Shown here one piece after another: positions 14,725 through 25,800 of a stretch of DNA of 64,000 nt. The DNA comes from the human T2T-CHM13v2.0 reference genome, Homo sapiens. Location: the NCBI RefSeq assembly GCF_009914755.1, contig NC_060932.1. One strand, written 5' to 3'. Within the stretch, counting starts at the first letter, position 1; each line of letters starts with the position of its first letter. The notes under the pieces are model-generated. The model was not told the origin of the DNA. It did no database searches and saw nothing but the letters and a program-made list of their open reading frames with translations. A program made the position numbers and the translations under genes.

Positions 14725-14779
14725 GTTTACATGGACTGTAAAGGCAGGAGTGTGGATGTATTGTTAGCCCATTGTACAG
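14725..14779 (+). CDS. SLC26A7: SLC26A7 internal coding exon ([18 protein letters not shown])
   Basis: Acceptor ttttaattcttccag and donor CAG|gtaaga (55 nt). Joins in phase 0 to the previous exon to give ...MLVE-VYMDCK... Confidence 0.95.
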
Positions 14780-14863
14780 GTAAGAGAATGTCCCTGACTA
14801 ACGTTGAATGTGATTTTTCTGCACTTCCACATGTATTCTTATATCACTTGTGCTTTCTTGAAG

Positions 14864-14967
14864 CTTCCTTGATAAAAGCAATGACGTATTATGGAAACCT
14901 AGACTCAGAGAAACCAATTTTTTTTGAATCGGTATCTGCTGCAATAAGTCATATCCATTCAAATAAG
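14864..14967 (+). CDS. SLC26A7: SLC26A7 penultimate coding exon ([35 protein letters not shown])
   Basis: Acceptor tgctttcttgaag and donor AAG|gtgagt (104 nt). Phase-1 join G+CT gives Ala. FFESVSAAI matches the STAS-terminal F.sv..Av motif. Confidence 0.95.
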
Positions 14968-15145
14968 GTGAGTTGATTAAGTTGGGCTGAAGGAGTTATA
15001 AGAATATTCAGAATATAGAATCGAAGCTTTGCATCTTTTATATTAGCTTATTACTCCATTGGCATCTAAAATCTGTTAGCCCCCCACCCCACCCCACCTC
15101 AGACTTTCTATTACAGGTAAAAGAATGTTTCCATTCTTTTTTTAG

Positions 15146-15202
15146 GCCAGTTATAAACTGTTGTTTGATAACTTGGATCTTCCAACAATGCCACCGCTCT
15201 GA
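15146..15202 (+). CDS. SLC26A7: SLC26A7 alternative (proximal) terminal coding exon, ASYKLLFDNLDLPTMPPL*
   Basis: Strong acceptor ccattctttttttag at 15145, phase 0 with the 14967 donor, TGA at 15200-15202. Matches the recalled longer C-terminal isoform. Confidence 0.8.
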   Translation, partial: ASYKLLFDNLDLPTMPPL

Positions 15203-15624
15203 GGATTGGGTGGTTGCCTATCATTTGCAAACTGCTTACTTGTACAACAAATGCTTCTTCCAGGATCTACTGTCCTGGGGACTTGAATCCACCTTTCTCA
15301 AATATAAAAACTCTAAATATGGCCTTTTAAGTTTTTTCTGCTCTGATATCTTGCCTCTAAGCTTATATTGCCATCTTTGGAAATACTATTTGTAGAATCT
15401 AGTGCTCACATGATCTGAAGTGTCAAAGTTATTTTACAAATGCTGGGCTTATGGTTTAGTTTTACAACTGTTCTTAGAGCTTTAATTTCCTGCAATTTTT
15501 CCTTGAGTTTTGAATTGTTTTGCCTTTCCTCACCCCTAGAATAACATTTGGTGCCTCGCAGAGTCATCCCTATTGTATACAATCAGAACAGTATGTATTT
15601 ACAAAATAATAATAACACTATTAT

Positions 15625-15860
15625 TATTAAATCTAACATATATTGAGTGCCCTCATTATATTCCAGGAATATTCTAAAAGCTTTACTATGTTGTTTAACT
15701 GAATTTGCCATGACCTTATGAGGTAGATATGATAATTTAACCCATTTTTAGAAACAAGGAAACTGACCAGGGAAATTACACCATCTGTAAGTGGTAGAGC
15801 TGGTTGCAGAGTCAGCAGTTTGAGTTTGGACCTGGAGCTTTGAACTGCTCTACTCTGATG
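15625..15860 (-). mobile_element. MIR between the two alternative terminal exons
   Basis: tattgagtgcc...ccttatgaggtagatatgata...cccattttttagaaacaaggaaactga-like core. Confidence 0.65.
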
Positions 15861-15989
15861 CCTCATAAAAGGTTCATTTTCTTTGGCTTAGCTGGACAGC
15901 TTGCTTCAGTTACTACTGTTCTTTTACTTTGGTACCAATTTAAGAGTTGAGTAAATAGCACATACTTACTTCTTCCTCTGGTATTTCAG

Positions 15990-16025
15990 AATTTGAGCAA
16001 ACTCAGTGACCACAGTGAAGTCTGA
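15990..16025 (+). CDS. SLC26A7: SLC26A7 main terminal coding exon, NLSKLSDHSEV*
   Basis: Acceptor ttcttcctctggtatttcag at 15989, phase 0, TGA at 16023-16025. Ends in S-E-V, a class I PDZ-binding consensus. Confidence 0.92.
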   Translation, partial: NLSKLSDHSEV

Positions 16026-19000
16026 GACCCTTTTGTCACAGTACAGCTCTTGTCTTTACCAACTGCCTGAAGAGGCCATATGCTGGCATTTTGCACAACT
16101 TTTTGGTTGTTTAGATCCTACAGATGACCTCTGCTACAATAAGTACGATGTGACTTAGTAACTGCATAGCAGTTGGAAAGAACTGCCAACTTTTTTTTCT
16201 CATTTTTGTTAGTAAGAAGATTCGCTTAGTTATTTTATGTAAAAATCAGTATGTGTTTAGTTTTAGTGTACTGAAGGGTAAACATGGTTTTATTTTATTT
16301 TACCATATTATTTTGTGTTGTTTTATTTCTATTGTGCTGTAAGTTGATGTTTAAAATTGAGAAATACTTTTGTCATAGGTAATTTGGAACATTTACAAGC
16401 CATTTGTAAAATTTTAAGATAATCTGTAACTAATACATAAAAACAACTTAGCAAATGTGCCATTTTCACACAACTTCTCTCTGTATAGGCCTCTGAAATA
16501 TCAATAAGGCTAAATATTACTTTACACAGTAAGATGTGAAATTCACAAAAAGTAAACCAAACAAAACGAATGAAAAACTGGAAATAATTCGTTTCCATAT
16601 CTTTCCATACATCCATTTCTGAAGTATTCAGGAATGTTTTCATAATCGAAAGAAACGGGTATCCAAATAAAACCAAGTTCTTGACATTGGTCTGTTTTGC
16701 TGTGAATATTGGAAATGCTTAGGATCTTCAGACCCAATAGCTCTAATTTTAACATTTCTACCCAATAAGAGGCTCTGTTTTCCACTGAAGCTTTGTTGGA
16801 GAAAGAGAATATGAAAATTACACATTTTATAATTTTTAGATGAGAAAATACCACTAGCAGAATAGCTTTGTGCTATTCCAGTATAAGATGAACTGTAATA
16901 ATTTTTGACTTCCCTATTTCAGAGATAGTCAATATAATATGTTTATCTATATCCATATGGATGGATAGGTAGGTAGATCTTCATAGATTTTTTTTTCTTT
17001 TGTTAGAGGAGAGCTTGATGTGATTATCTTCAAACCCACCAAACCAACAGGATAATTGACAAATAAACGCCATAGGCTAGGCTGAACTGTATGTTACTGT
17101 TTTCATGCTTATACATATATTTTCAATCACATACAAGTACATAGAATTTCACATTTTAATTTAGCAAATTGATTTACCTAGGAAAAAATTATCACCTTCA
17201 AAGATAGGCATAGACACATAATTATGCTTAAGCTTTTAACAGCATTTTAACCGCTCTAAAAATTACCAGAGTAAGAAAAAGCTAGGTACTTTAAAGTGAG
17301 TTTGAGAAACAAGTTGAAACTAAAATTAAAATACCAGCCATTTAGGTGCTTTCTCTGGCATCTATAAAAGTAAATTCTAGTGCCTGCCAAGTGATGGATT
17401 ATAATGGTCTCTAGCAAATGTGTGGTAAACATTCATATGGCCATTAATTTTAACATTAAATCGTAGGTAGGGCAATGTAGTAAAATGAAAGAGAATTAAG
17501 AAAGGTTTTGAATTCTTATAACATATCCAGCCATTTCAATTTTGATTGAAATGAACTACAAAGAATAGTGTTTGTCCCTATGGTAGCCTCAGTCTCTTTA
17601 TCACTAACTTGGATTGAAATGAGTGAGGCCAACTCACATTCCCATCAAACACTCTTCCAAGGAAAAGCAGAAGTAATAATTGGAGGTAAAGTTTCCTTAG
17701 AGAAAATAATTTTATTCTGCTTTGTCCAATTAAATTATTCCAATGGCGGATGGTAATATTCACCATCTCTAATTCATTGGTCACTGGTAGGTAAGCATGA
17801 GTTAAGGAAAGTCAAAAATGAAAATATATTTTGCTGTGTATAAATTGATATTTTGCTATGCAACTCCTGTAATTGAATTTGTATAATGCAGGCACTTTCT
17901 AATTTATTAGAGATTATGGATCAGTTCTGACATTAAAATCATAGTTAATTGATGGATGGTTTTTATAGTTTGTTGATAAAGTGGACACAGTATTGTCTGA
18001 GCAGTTATATTTTAATGCATTTCAGTGTTTATAGTAGAAGTTTAGTGGATAAAACTTTAAGTCCAATAACTTGGGGGTCAAATGCTAATGTTTTATTCAA
18101 TGTAAAGGAAGACCAAACCATGTACCTTATGAAGACCTTTGTTTTAAGACTTCCACACACCAAGGCTACAATGACTGTTAACCTGGAGGAAGTCTCTGGT
18201 ATGGAGTTCTGAGAGCTTAAGAGCTAAACATGAGTTTAGACACACAAGATTCTAAAATGCAAATGTTTATTTTGAAGCAGGCATTGACAACACAAAAACT
18301 GTGTAGTGGTCTTGATGCTGGATTGTTTCTAGAGTCACAATGAATTATTTTTATGAGATTACCTTATTTTTATATATGACAAACTACTTCTATAATGCTT
18401 ATTATGGTAAAATAAAATTGGAAAAAATTAAAACTGACCTATAAGAGTGTTAAGGACCTAATAGAGTGACATATATAAATTAAGCATAAAATATGTAACC
18501 AGGAAAAGACTGTTAACATTACATTTATGCAAATTAAATGCCCTTAAATTTCACCATTTGTCTTTCATTTTAAAGGTTATTTGCTCCCGATTATATGATT
18601 CAAGTGTTATAAGTTTTAGCTTGAACTACTTTGCAGTAATTTATTTGACAGATCTCTATTCTATAAATGTGTAATGTGATGAAGAAAGAGATCTTTCTTT
18701 TTTAATGAAAACATTAATGTGTTAATACCCTGTATGGATAATGCTTGACATTTAGTGGTTTCCAAAATATATTAGTATATTGTTGAACGTACATTATGCC
18801 TTAGAAATGCACATTCTGTATTTTGTGGGATGATAATCTAATTCAGTATAGAATATGCTGTTTGGCAATGAGTTTGTGGCCAGATTTCAAATAGGGAGTT
18901 AAGTGGTACTTTCACAATCCAAAGATTTTTAGTTAAAAATCATGTAGTCTAATATGCTGCAGTTATTTTTTTATATTTTTCAATGCATTTAATTATCTTT

Positions 19001-19080
19001 TTTATAATTCTTTGTACTAACTCAGCATGTAACAACCAATTTACATGGAAATAAATCGAAATATGATAACTATTATGCTT
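16026..19080 (+). other. SLC26A7: SLC26A7 3'UTR (about 3 kb, AT-rich, no recognisable interspersed repeats)
   Basis: Follows the stop codon and is repeat-poor compared with the flanks. The end is inferred from the poly(A) signal at 19050. Confidence 0.7.
19050..19055 (+). terminator. Probable distal polyadenylation signal (AATAAA)
   Basis: AATAAA preceded by TGTA elements (about 19013 and 19028) and a T-rich tract, with T/GT-rich sequence downstream. Repeats resume a few hundred bases later. Confidence 0.65.
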
Positions 19081-19725
19081 AAATGGATTTGCGTCTATTA
19101 TTTCATAGTATTTACTCTCCTGCAAAGCAAATAATACATACTGTTTCTTGGAATGACCGCAGAGTATTATGTGTTGAATATTCCTGGAAGTATCCATTAT
19201 TCTTGGTAATTTGTTCTTACAAAATCTCAACCTAGGACTGTAAGATACTGTGCCTTAATTTATGGACTGCTGATAAGAATACTTTTTGCTACAAAACTAC
19301 ATTTAGACATACTCTTTTACCAGATTTACATCCTTTGCATTTCAATTTTAATTAATATATACATTTTAATTTTTTATTTGCTTTGGCTCTTCATTATATA
19401 CTGTTGTTTGTCTTTCCTGACTTCCTAGGCTGAATTCAATATTCTTCAGTCTATTAAAGGCTACTTTTCCAAAGACAAGAAGCGAAGGAAGTCTTCTAGG
19501 TGTTAGAGATATGGCAGATAATAAAACAGAAAAAGAATAAAAGCCCTCACAAACTTTGTTCTAACAAGGGAAGACAAAATAGAATACGTTTAAAATGCAT
19601 TTATTGTAAGTTAGATGATAATATGTGCCAAAATGAAAATACATTAAGGAAAGATGACAGGAAGTATGGCAGAGGATAAAGTGTTGCCTTCCTACATAGG
19701 GTGGCAGTAAGGTGATAAATGGTAG

Positions 19726-21890
19726 TGTCTTAGTTCTGGCTGCTATAACAGAATACCAGACTACAGCGCTTAAACAATCAAAAGTTAATTCTTAGTTCTG
19801 GAGTCTGAGGAGTCCAACTTGAAGGTGCTAGTCAATTTGGTTTCTGGTGGGGGCTCTCTTCTTGGGTTGTAGATGGCCACCTTCAAACTATGTCCTCATA
19901 TGGGGGAGAGAGAAAGAGTGAGAGAGAGAGAGCACTCTTCTTATAAGGACACTAATCTTATTGGATCAGGACCCATTCTTATGATGTTTAACCTTAATTA
20001 CCTTCTTATAGGTCCTGTGTTCAAATGCAGTCACTTTGAGGGTGAGGGATTAAATTTTGGGGAAACACAATTCAGTCCACAACATTCTAGCCTTCACCAA
20101 ATTCATGTCCTTATCATATGCAAAATACTTTCATTACATCCTAAGAGCCCCAAAGGTCCTGACTCATTCCAGCATCCACCCACAAGTCTAAAGTTCAAAG
20201 TTTCATAAAATATCATCTAAATCATACATAGATGAGAATAGAAACAAGATTAACTCTTATGCAAAATTCCTCTCCAACTGTGAACCTGTGAAGCCAGAAA
20301 AGCTATAGGCTTCCAAAATACAATGGTGGCATTGTCATAGAAATGATATCCCCATGCCAAACAGGAGAAATAAGAAAGAAGGAAGTAGTGACAGGTCCCA
20401 AGCAAGTCCAAAACCTACCAAGGAAAATTCCATCAGACCCAGAAACAAAAATAATTCCTTTTGCTTTGATCCCCCACCTCTTTGACCCTCTGGGGTAGCA
20501 GTCCTGCCTCCAGAGTTCCACAGGGTGGTTCCACCAGGTGGTTCCACCCGATCGCTTTGCAGGGTCTTCCCACCCCTAGAACTTCAATTTGAGGCTGTCT
20601 GCCCTATTAAAATTGAGGCAATGATCCCACCCTTTGAAACCAAGGAGGCAGCATGGATGATCTCTGAGTTGCTTGTGGTGTCATTCTTTCTTTTTTTGAA
20701 GAACAGCACATGTTACAGCTGAGTAGCTCTATGGTGGTGTGCTGTAGAACCTAAAAAATCTGATCGCTGTCCTTCATTTTGTTCCATCTCTGTCCCCTTC
20801 AGTTCAAACTGGCAGTGGTTTGCTGACGTAATTTTATCTCTATTTCTGGCTCCTGCTGAGGTGGCTAATAAGCAGATTCATGGTTCATAACCACATTAAT
20901 CTACTTATTAAATGGTTGTTTAGCCACACCCTTAGTGTTCTCTTCAGAACAAGATTTCTCATTTTATGCAATATGAACAGACTTATAACTTACCACATGT
21001 TCAACTTCTTGTTACTTTCTGCTTAACAACTCCTTGTTCAATTCCCCTTTCCCCTCATATTTTACTAAAAGCAGTCAGGAGCAACCAAGTCACTCGTTAC
21101 AATGTTTTGCCTAGAAATATCCTCAGCTAAACATCCAGTTTTATCACTTGTGTTCCTACTTTCCAAAAAAACACTAGAACATGGTGCAGCCAAGTTCTTG
21201 ACCACTTTACAACAGGAGTCGCCTTTCCTCCAGTTTCCAATAACATGTTCCTCATTTCTATCTGAGACCTCAGCAGAATGGCCTGTTATGACCGTATTTC
21301 TACTAACCCTCCATTTAGGATTACTTATTTTTTCTCCAAGAAGATGGAGGCTTTCTCTTTCCTTTTCTTTTTGAGCCCTCACCACAATCGCCTTTAAGTT
21401 CATGACAGTCCTTTCACAGCAATCCAGGCTCTTTCTAGCATGCACCTCAAAACGCTTCTTCCACATTTTTAGTTATTTGTTACAGTAGTACCTCACTTCT
21501 CAGTACCAAAATCTGTATTAGTCTATTTGGGCTGTTACAACAAAATACCATAGACTGGAGGCTTAAACAACAGGAGTGTACTTCTCTCAGTTTCAGAGGC
21601 TACAAGTCCAAGACCAAGGTGCCGGCCAATTTGGTTTCTAATGAAGGCTCTCTTCCTGGCTAGTAGAAGGATGCCTTCTCTCTGGGTCCTCAGGGAGGAG
21701 AGAGAAAGAAAGAGTAAGCTCTCTGCTGTCTCTTTTATACAAACACTAATTTTATGAGATCGGAGCCTGACACTTATGGCCTCATTTACCTTTAATTACC
21801 TCCTTATAAGTCCTATCTCCAAATATAGTCACATTGGAGATTAGGGCTTCAATATATGAATTGTGCAGGGACACAATTCAGGCAAAAGCA
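19726..21890 (-). mobile_element. Complete MaLR element: MLT1A/B-type LTR (19726-20084), internal region, LTR (21514-21890)
   Basis: Two homologous LTRs in the same orientation, with 5-bp flanks ggtag/gggag. The minus-strand ORF 21065-21466 contains EEHVIGNWRKGDSCCKVVKNLAAPC, a MaLR internal-ORF signature. Confidence 0.88.
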
Positions 21891-22514
21891 GGGAGTTATG
21901 AATTTCCTAGAATTTTAACAATTTTCTCTTTTTTTTCAATCTGAAAACCGGCCGTACTAGAATTGTATTTTCATTTACTGTATGTCATGCTTTTGTATTA
22001 AAAACATAATAATTGATCATGGTCTGGTTAAAACATTCTGCTGCTAGAGACAGTAGGTTAGCATAGACATAACTAGTAATACCTGGCTACTCAGATGAGG
22101 CTGTGGCCATGAAACAGTGATGTGTTCAGGAATGGATTTGCAACATGCCAATGGTGATTCAGAAGCTGAGGCATATGATATTCTGGTGATGGTTCCTAAT
22201 GATTAGCTATCTCATTAAAGAAGATAGAATTGAAGTAGCTCGTCTAGTTTTCTCTAAGTTATCATACTGTTTTAACAAAAATAACAGCATAGACTTGCTT
22301 AATTTCACCAGTTGTCTCAGAGATAGGCACAGAGCACAGTCTTGCTGATAACTTTCCACTTTGAGTTTTTGCTTTCTTTTGTTTTGCTTTTTTTTTTTTT
22401 AAAGAAGAATGCTCAGTTACTCCAAGTTGATTAAGTTGTTGGAAACAATCTCTTTTAAAGTACTTCCTATTCAAAAATCCTTACTTTTTTTTTTTAATTG
22501 ATTCAGCAACAGGA

Positions 22515-22822
22515 TTTTTTTTTTTTTTTTTTTTTTAGACAGGGTTTCTTTCTGTTACCCAGGCTGGAGTGCATGTGGTAGTGTGATCTCAGCTCACTAC
22601 AATCTCCGCCTCCTGAGTTCAAGCAATTCTCCCACCTCAGCCTCCCATGTAGCTGGGACTACAGATGTGCACCACCACACTTGGCTAATTTTTGTATTTT
22701 TCAGTAGAGATGAGGTTTCCCCATGTTGGCCAGGCTGGTCTTGAGCTCCTGACCTCAGATGATAAGCCTGCCTCGACCTCTCAGAGTCCTGGGATTACAG
22801 ACGTGAGCTACTGCACCTGGCC
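22515..22822 (-). mobile_element. Alu (AluJ/early S type), full length
   Basis: Poly-T, then agacagggtttc...ctgcacctggcc. CpG-depleted. Confidence 0.9.
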
Positions 22823-25800
22823 AGAAATTCATTTTGATCAAACTTATCTCCTTTCTCTTCTATATAATAAAGACTATTCCCTATAGTAAGTGTAGGAAGT
22901 TTTTCAGAATTTTTTTTTATTTGGAGCCTCTTGTTTTAAAGAGTCATTTAGAAATTGGCTCATTAATAAGTCCTATAAGTATCCGTAAATTACAAGAACA
23001 GTTGTTACATTAAAAAATAAAATACTTTGATAATCAAGTAAATAAAAATAAAACTAGAAATCTATCTTTATTTCCTTTACTACTAGAGCTACTTTTTAAA
23101 ATCTTCTTGGTTTTGAAGCAATTTATGGACTCATAAGGCTAGAAAAGTGAGGAAATACAGAACCTCTTTTGGACTAGCATGTGTCTTCCAGATCAAATTT
23201 CATATTTAAACGCCTCTCTTTCTATACTTCCATTCACCTTGATTTATATCTTACAGGCTTCTCAAGCTTCCATGCTCCCTATTTTCTTAAATTTGTAGTT
23301 AGGGACCTATTGTTTAAATAGGGGTGCCTTTATTTATGCTAACAAAGCCTGAGAGAGGAGGAAAGGGAGAGAAGTGAACGCAATTTCTAGGCATTGAATG
23401 GATTTTGTGGGGAGAAATAAAGGCTGAAGATAAGGCCAGGCTTACAAAAGATATTTCAGGAGAAAGTTAGTAGGTATGATTGACCCTGTGGTGGTATGAT
23501 TTCAGGAGTATCTAAATGTCTCCTAAGTCCAAATATCTACTTCACAGTCTTCCAAGAGGCTTGAAGTTCTCATCATTAGTCATTCACTTGGGCTGGAGTA
23601 AATAGTATGTGAAAGGAAAAACACATGGAAGCCATTGTAACACATTGTGTTAGCCTTATGAAGAACCAGTTCATCTAAAGAGCTTATAAGACATTGTCCC
23701 CAAAGACCTGAAATAACAAAGCATACAATAAATTTTGATGAAGAAGCATGGTTAAGAATATTTTGGGTGCTGCAGAGGACAGGGTTTGGGGTGGTAGCAT
23801 GGTGCTGGGAGGCAAGATGGGTGGTGAGGGGGAATGGATGGGGGAGGGGAGGCAGGCTGAGTGACAGGCCTCAGGCATTTTTGGATGACCGGTTCTTCCC
23901 TTGCCCCCAACCCCTGGTGACACAGACATGGCAGAACTGGGTTTCATAAAGCCAAACACAATTCTTCCCACACTGCAACTCTTTCTGGGGCTCGGATCTA
24001 TGCCTTTTGCTTTGCCTCGGGAATTCAAATTTGAGAATAACAGTGTGATTGCCCTAAATGGGATTGGCATCTAATTTCTGTCTCATGGAAACCTTTTGTT
24101 TTTCCAATTGTCCCTCTTCACCTAGCCAATGAAAACATTGAAGTAGTAAGAGTCTAGCTTAAGAGAGTAGAGGTTTAATCAATTAAAATCAATCAAATGA
24201 TGTTGCTAGAGTCCTCCTGAATCTTGTTTGAAATGCGAACCTTATAACATCTACACCAGAATTGTCATGAGTGTTTGTTTGCTAAATGCAAACAGATTCC
24301 AATGGCCTACACAAGACTTAGTGAATCAGGATTTATTTGGGGTGGCCTTGGGAATATGTATCTTAAAATGATAATCCCTTTAGTTTTAGACCCTAAAGTT
24401 TAGGATCACAGTCACAAACACTTTCTTTAGTCTGGTATTTAAAAGAAGCCCTGTACTATAATTCTTAGGTACTTATGTTTTCATCACTTCATCTGTTTCA
24501 GCTTGTGCATCAGTCATAATGTATTGTTGCTGTATAGTATCCCTATAGTGTTATTCTTAGGTAACAAAAACTGGGTACATAGTTATGTCACATTGCAAAG
24601 GACAATGTCAGATTAACCAAAGCCTTTGCTCAATATGATTATGTCAGGCCAGAAAGTATCTGAAACATATTATCCCTATTCATATATTCTTGGGTGACTT
24701 ACAATAGTTTTCCTAAGACTGGAAGTTGGGATGTAATATCCCTTATCATGGAAAATTTAAATCTTCTCCTTGTTTCACAAATTTATACTTTTCCAACACA
24801 TATTGATGTAGTCATATAAGAAAATGATCCCATCCTCCGAGTTGCCTCTCATACACATCCACTAAAAATACATCGTAAAAGAAAAGGAGATATTTCCCTT
24901 CCAGCCTGAGGCTATATGGGTAATTATTTTCTTTCAACACCTTCATTGAAATTCCCTGTGTAATGCTACCAGAGTGAATTATAGTTAAACCTTTTATTCT
25001 GCACATATGGAGCTGGAATAAAGAGATGGTGCCAGCAATATTACTCAGCTACTTTCATTTTGGGGATTGAGGCTGATGTAAACTATCATAACTAGAGAGA
25101 AAATGATATTCAATTATGAATCACTGCCAGATGTGTGAATGTATGTCTTCAAGTTTCATTTTCTGGAATATGCTTACTGTAGTTTATTTCTTATCCACTT
25201 TTGAAGTGATTCTCATTCCATGGGTAATAGATTTAGTGGCATTAAATGTTCAGAACATCCAAAAATTAATAAAATATATATTTGGACTCCGTCTCACAAT
25301 CCAAAACAGAAATCAGAAACTGATCTAAAGTGTATGTTAGGTAACAATGTTCTGTAGCCCGAGTTGCAGAGGAGCTGTGTGGGGCACTTCACTGTGCATC
25401 TCATACCACACTTGCCCAGAGCACCGGCAATGTGAAGGAAAGAGAGAGAATAAAGGAAAATAGGACACAACAATTAGAAAAATTACTAGCAGCCTGAGTA
25501 AAAATGGGGGAGAATTTGATATTTCTGTTCTTGAGACTCAGGATTCCAACTCTTGTGGTATATAGAGACTCAATTGTTTGGTATCCAGATGAGGTGGCTG
25601 GAAGGTAATCCCATTTCTGCAGTTTGGTGTTCCTGAAAATTCCTTCTCTCTATCCTAGAGTGAACCTTTAGTGCTGTCAATGCTTTCACTTCTCTGTGCT
25701 TAGTAACTTTACCATTCCCACTTTCCAGTATTCCAAGATGCAACTACATCTTTAATCTCCCTTCTAAATCCTGTTCCTAAGGGCCTTCCACAGATTATCT

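Noticed and set aside
21065-21466. 133-aa ORF as a domesticated gag-like gene
   Set aside because: The MaLR motif occupies only part of the frame and the surrounding internal region is degenerate. Treated as a fossil pending conservation data.
23684-24070. 128-aa Pro/Ser-rich minus-strand ORF
   Set aside because: Its composition is explained by the G-rich patch on the + strand. No domain or splice support.
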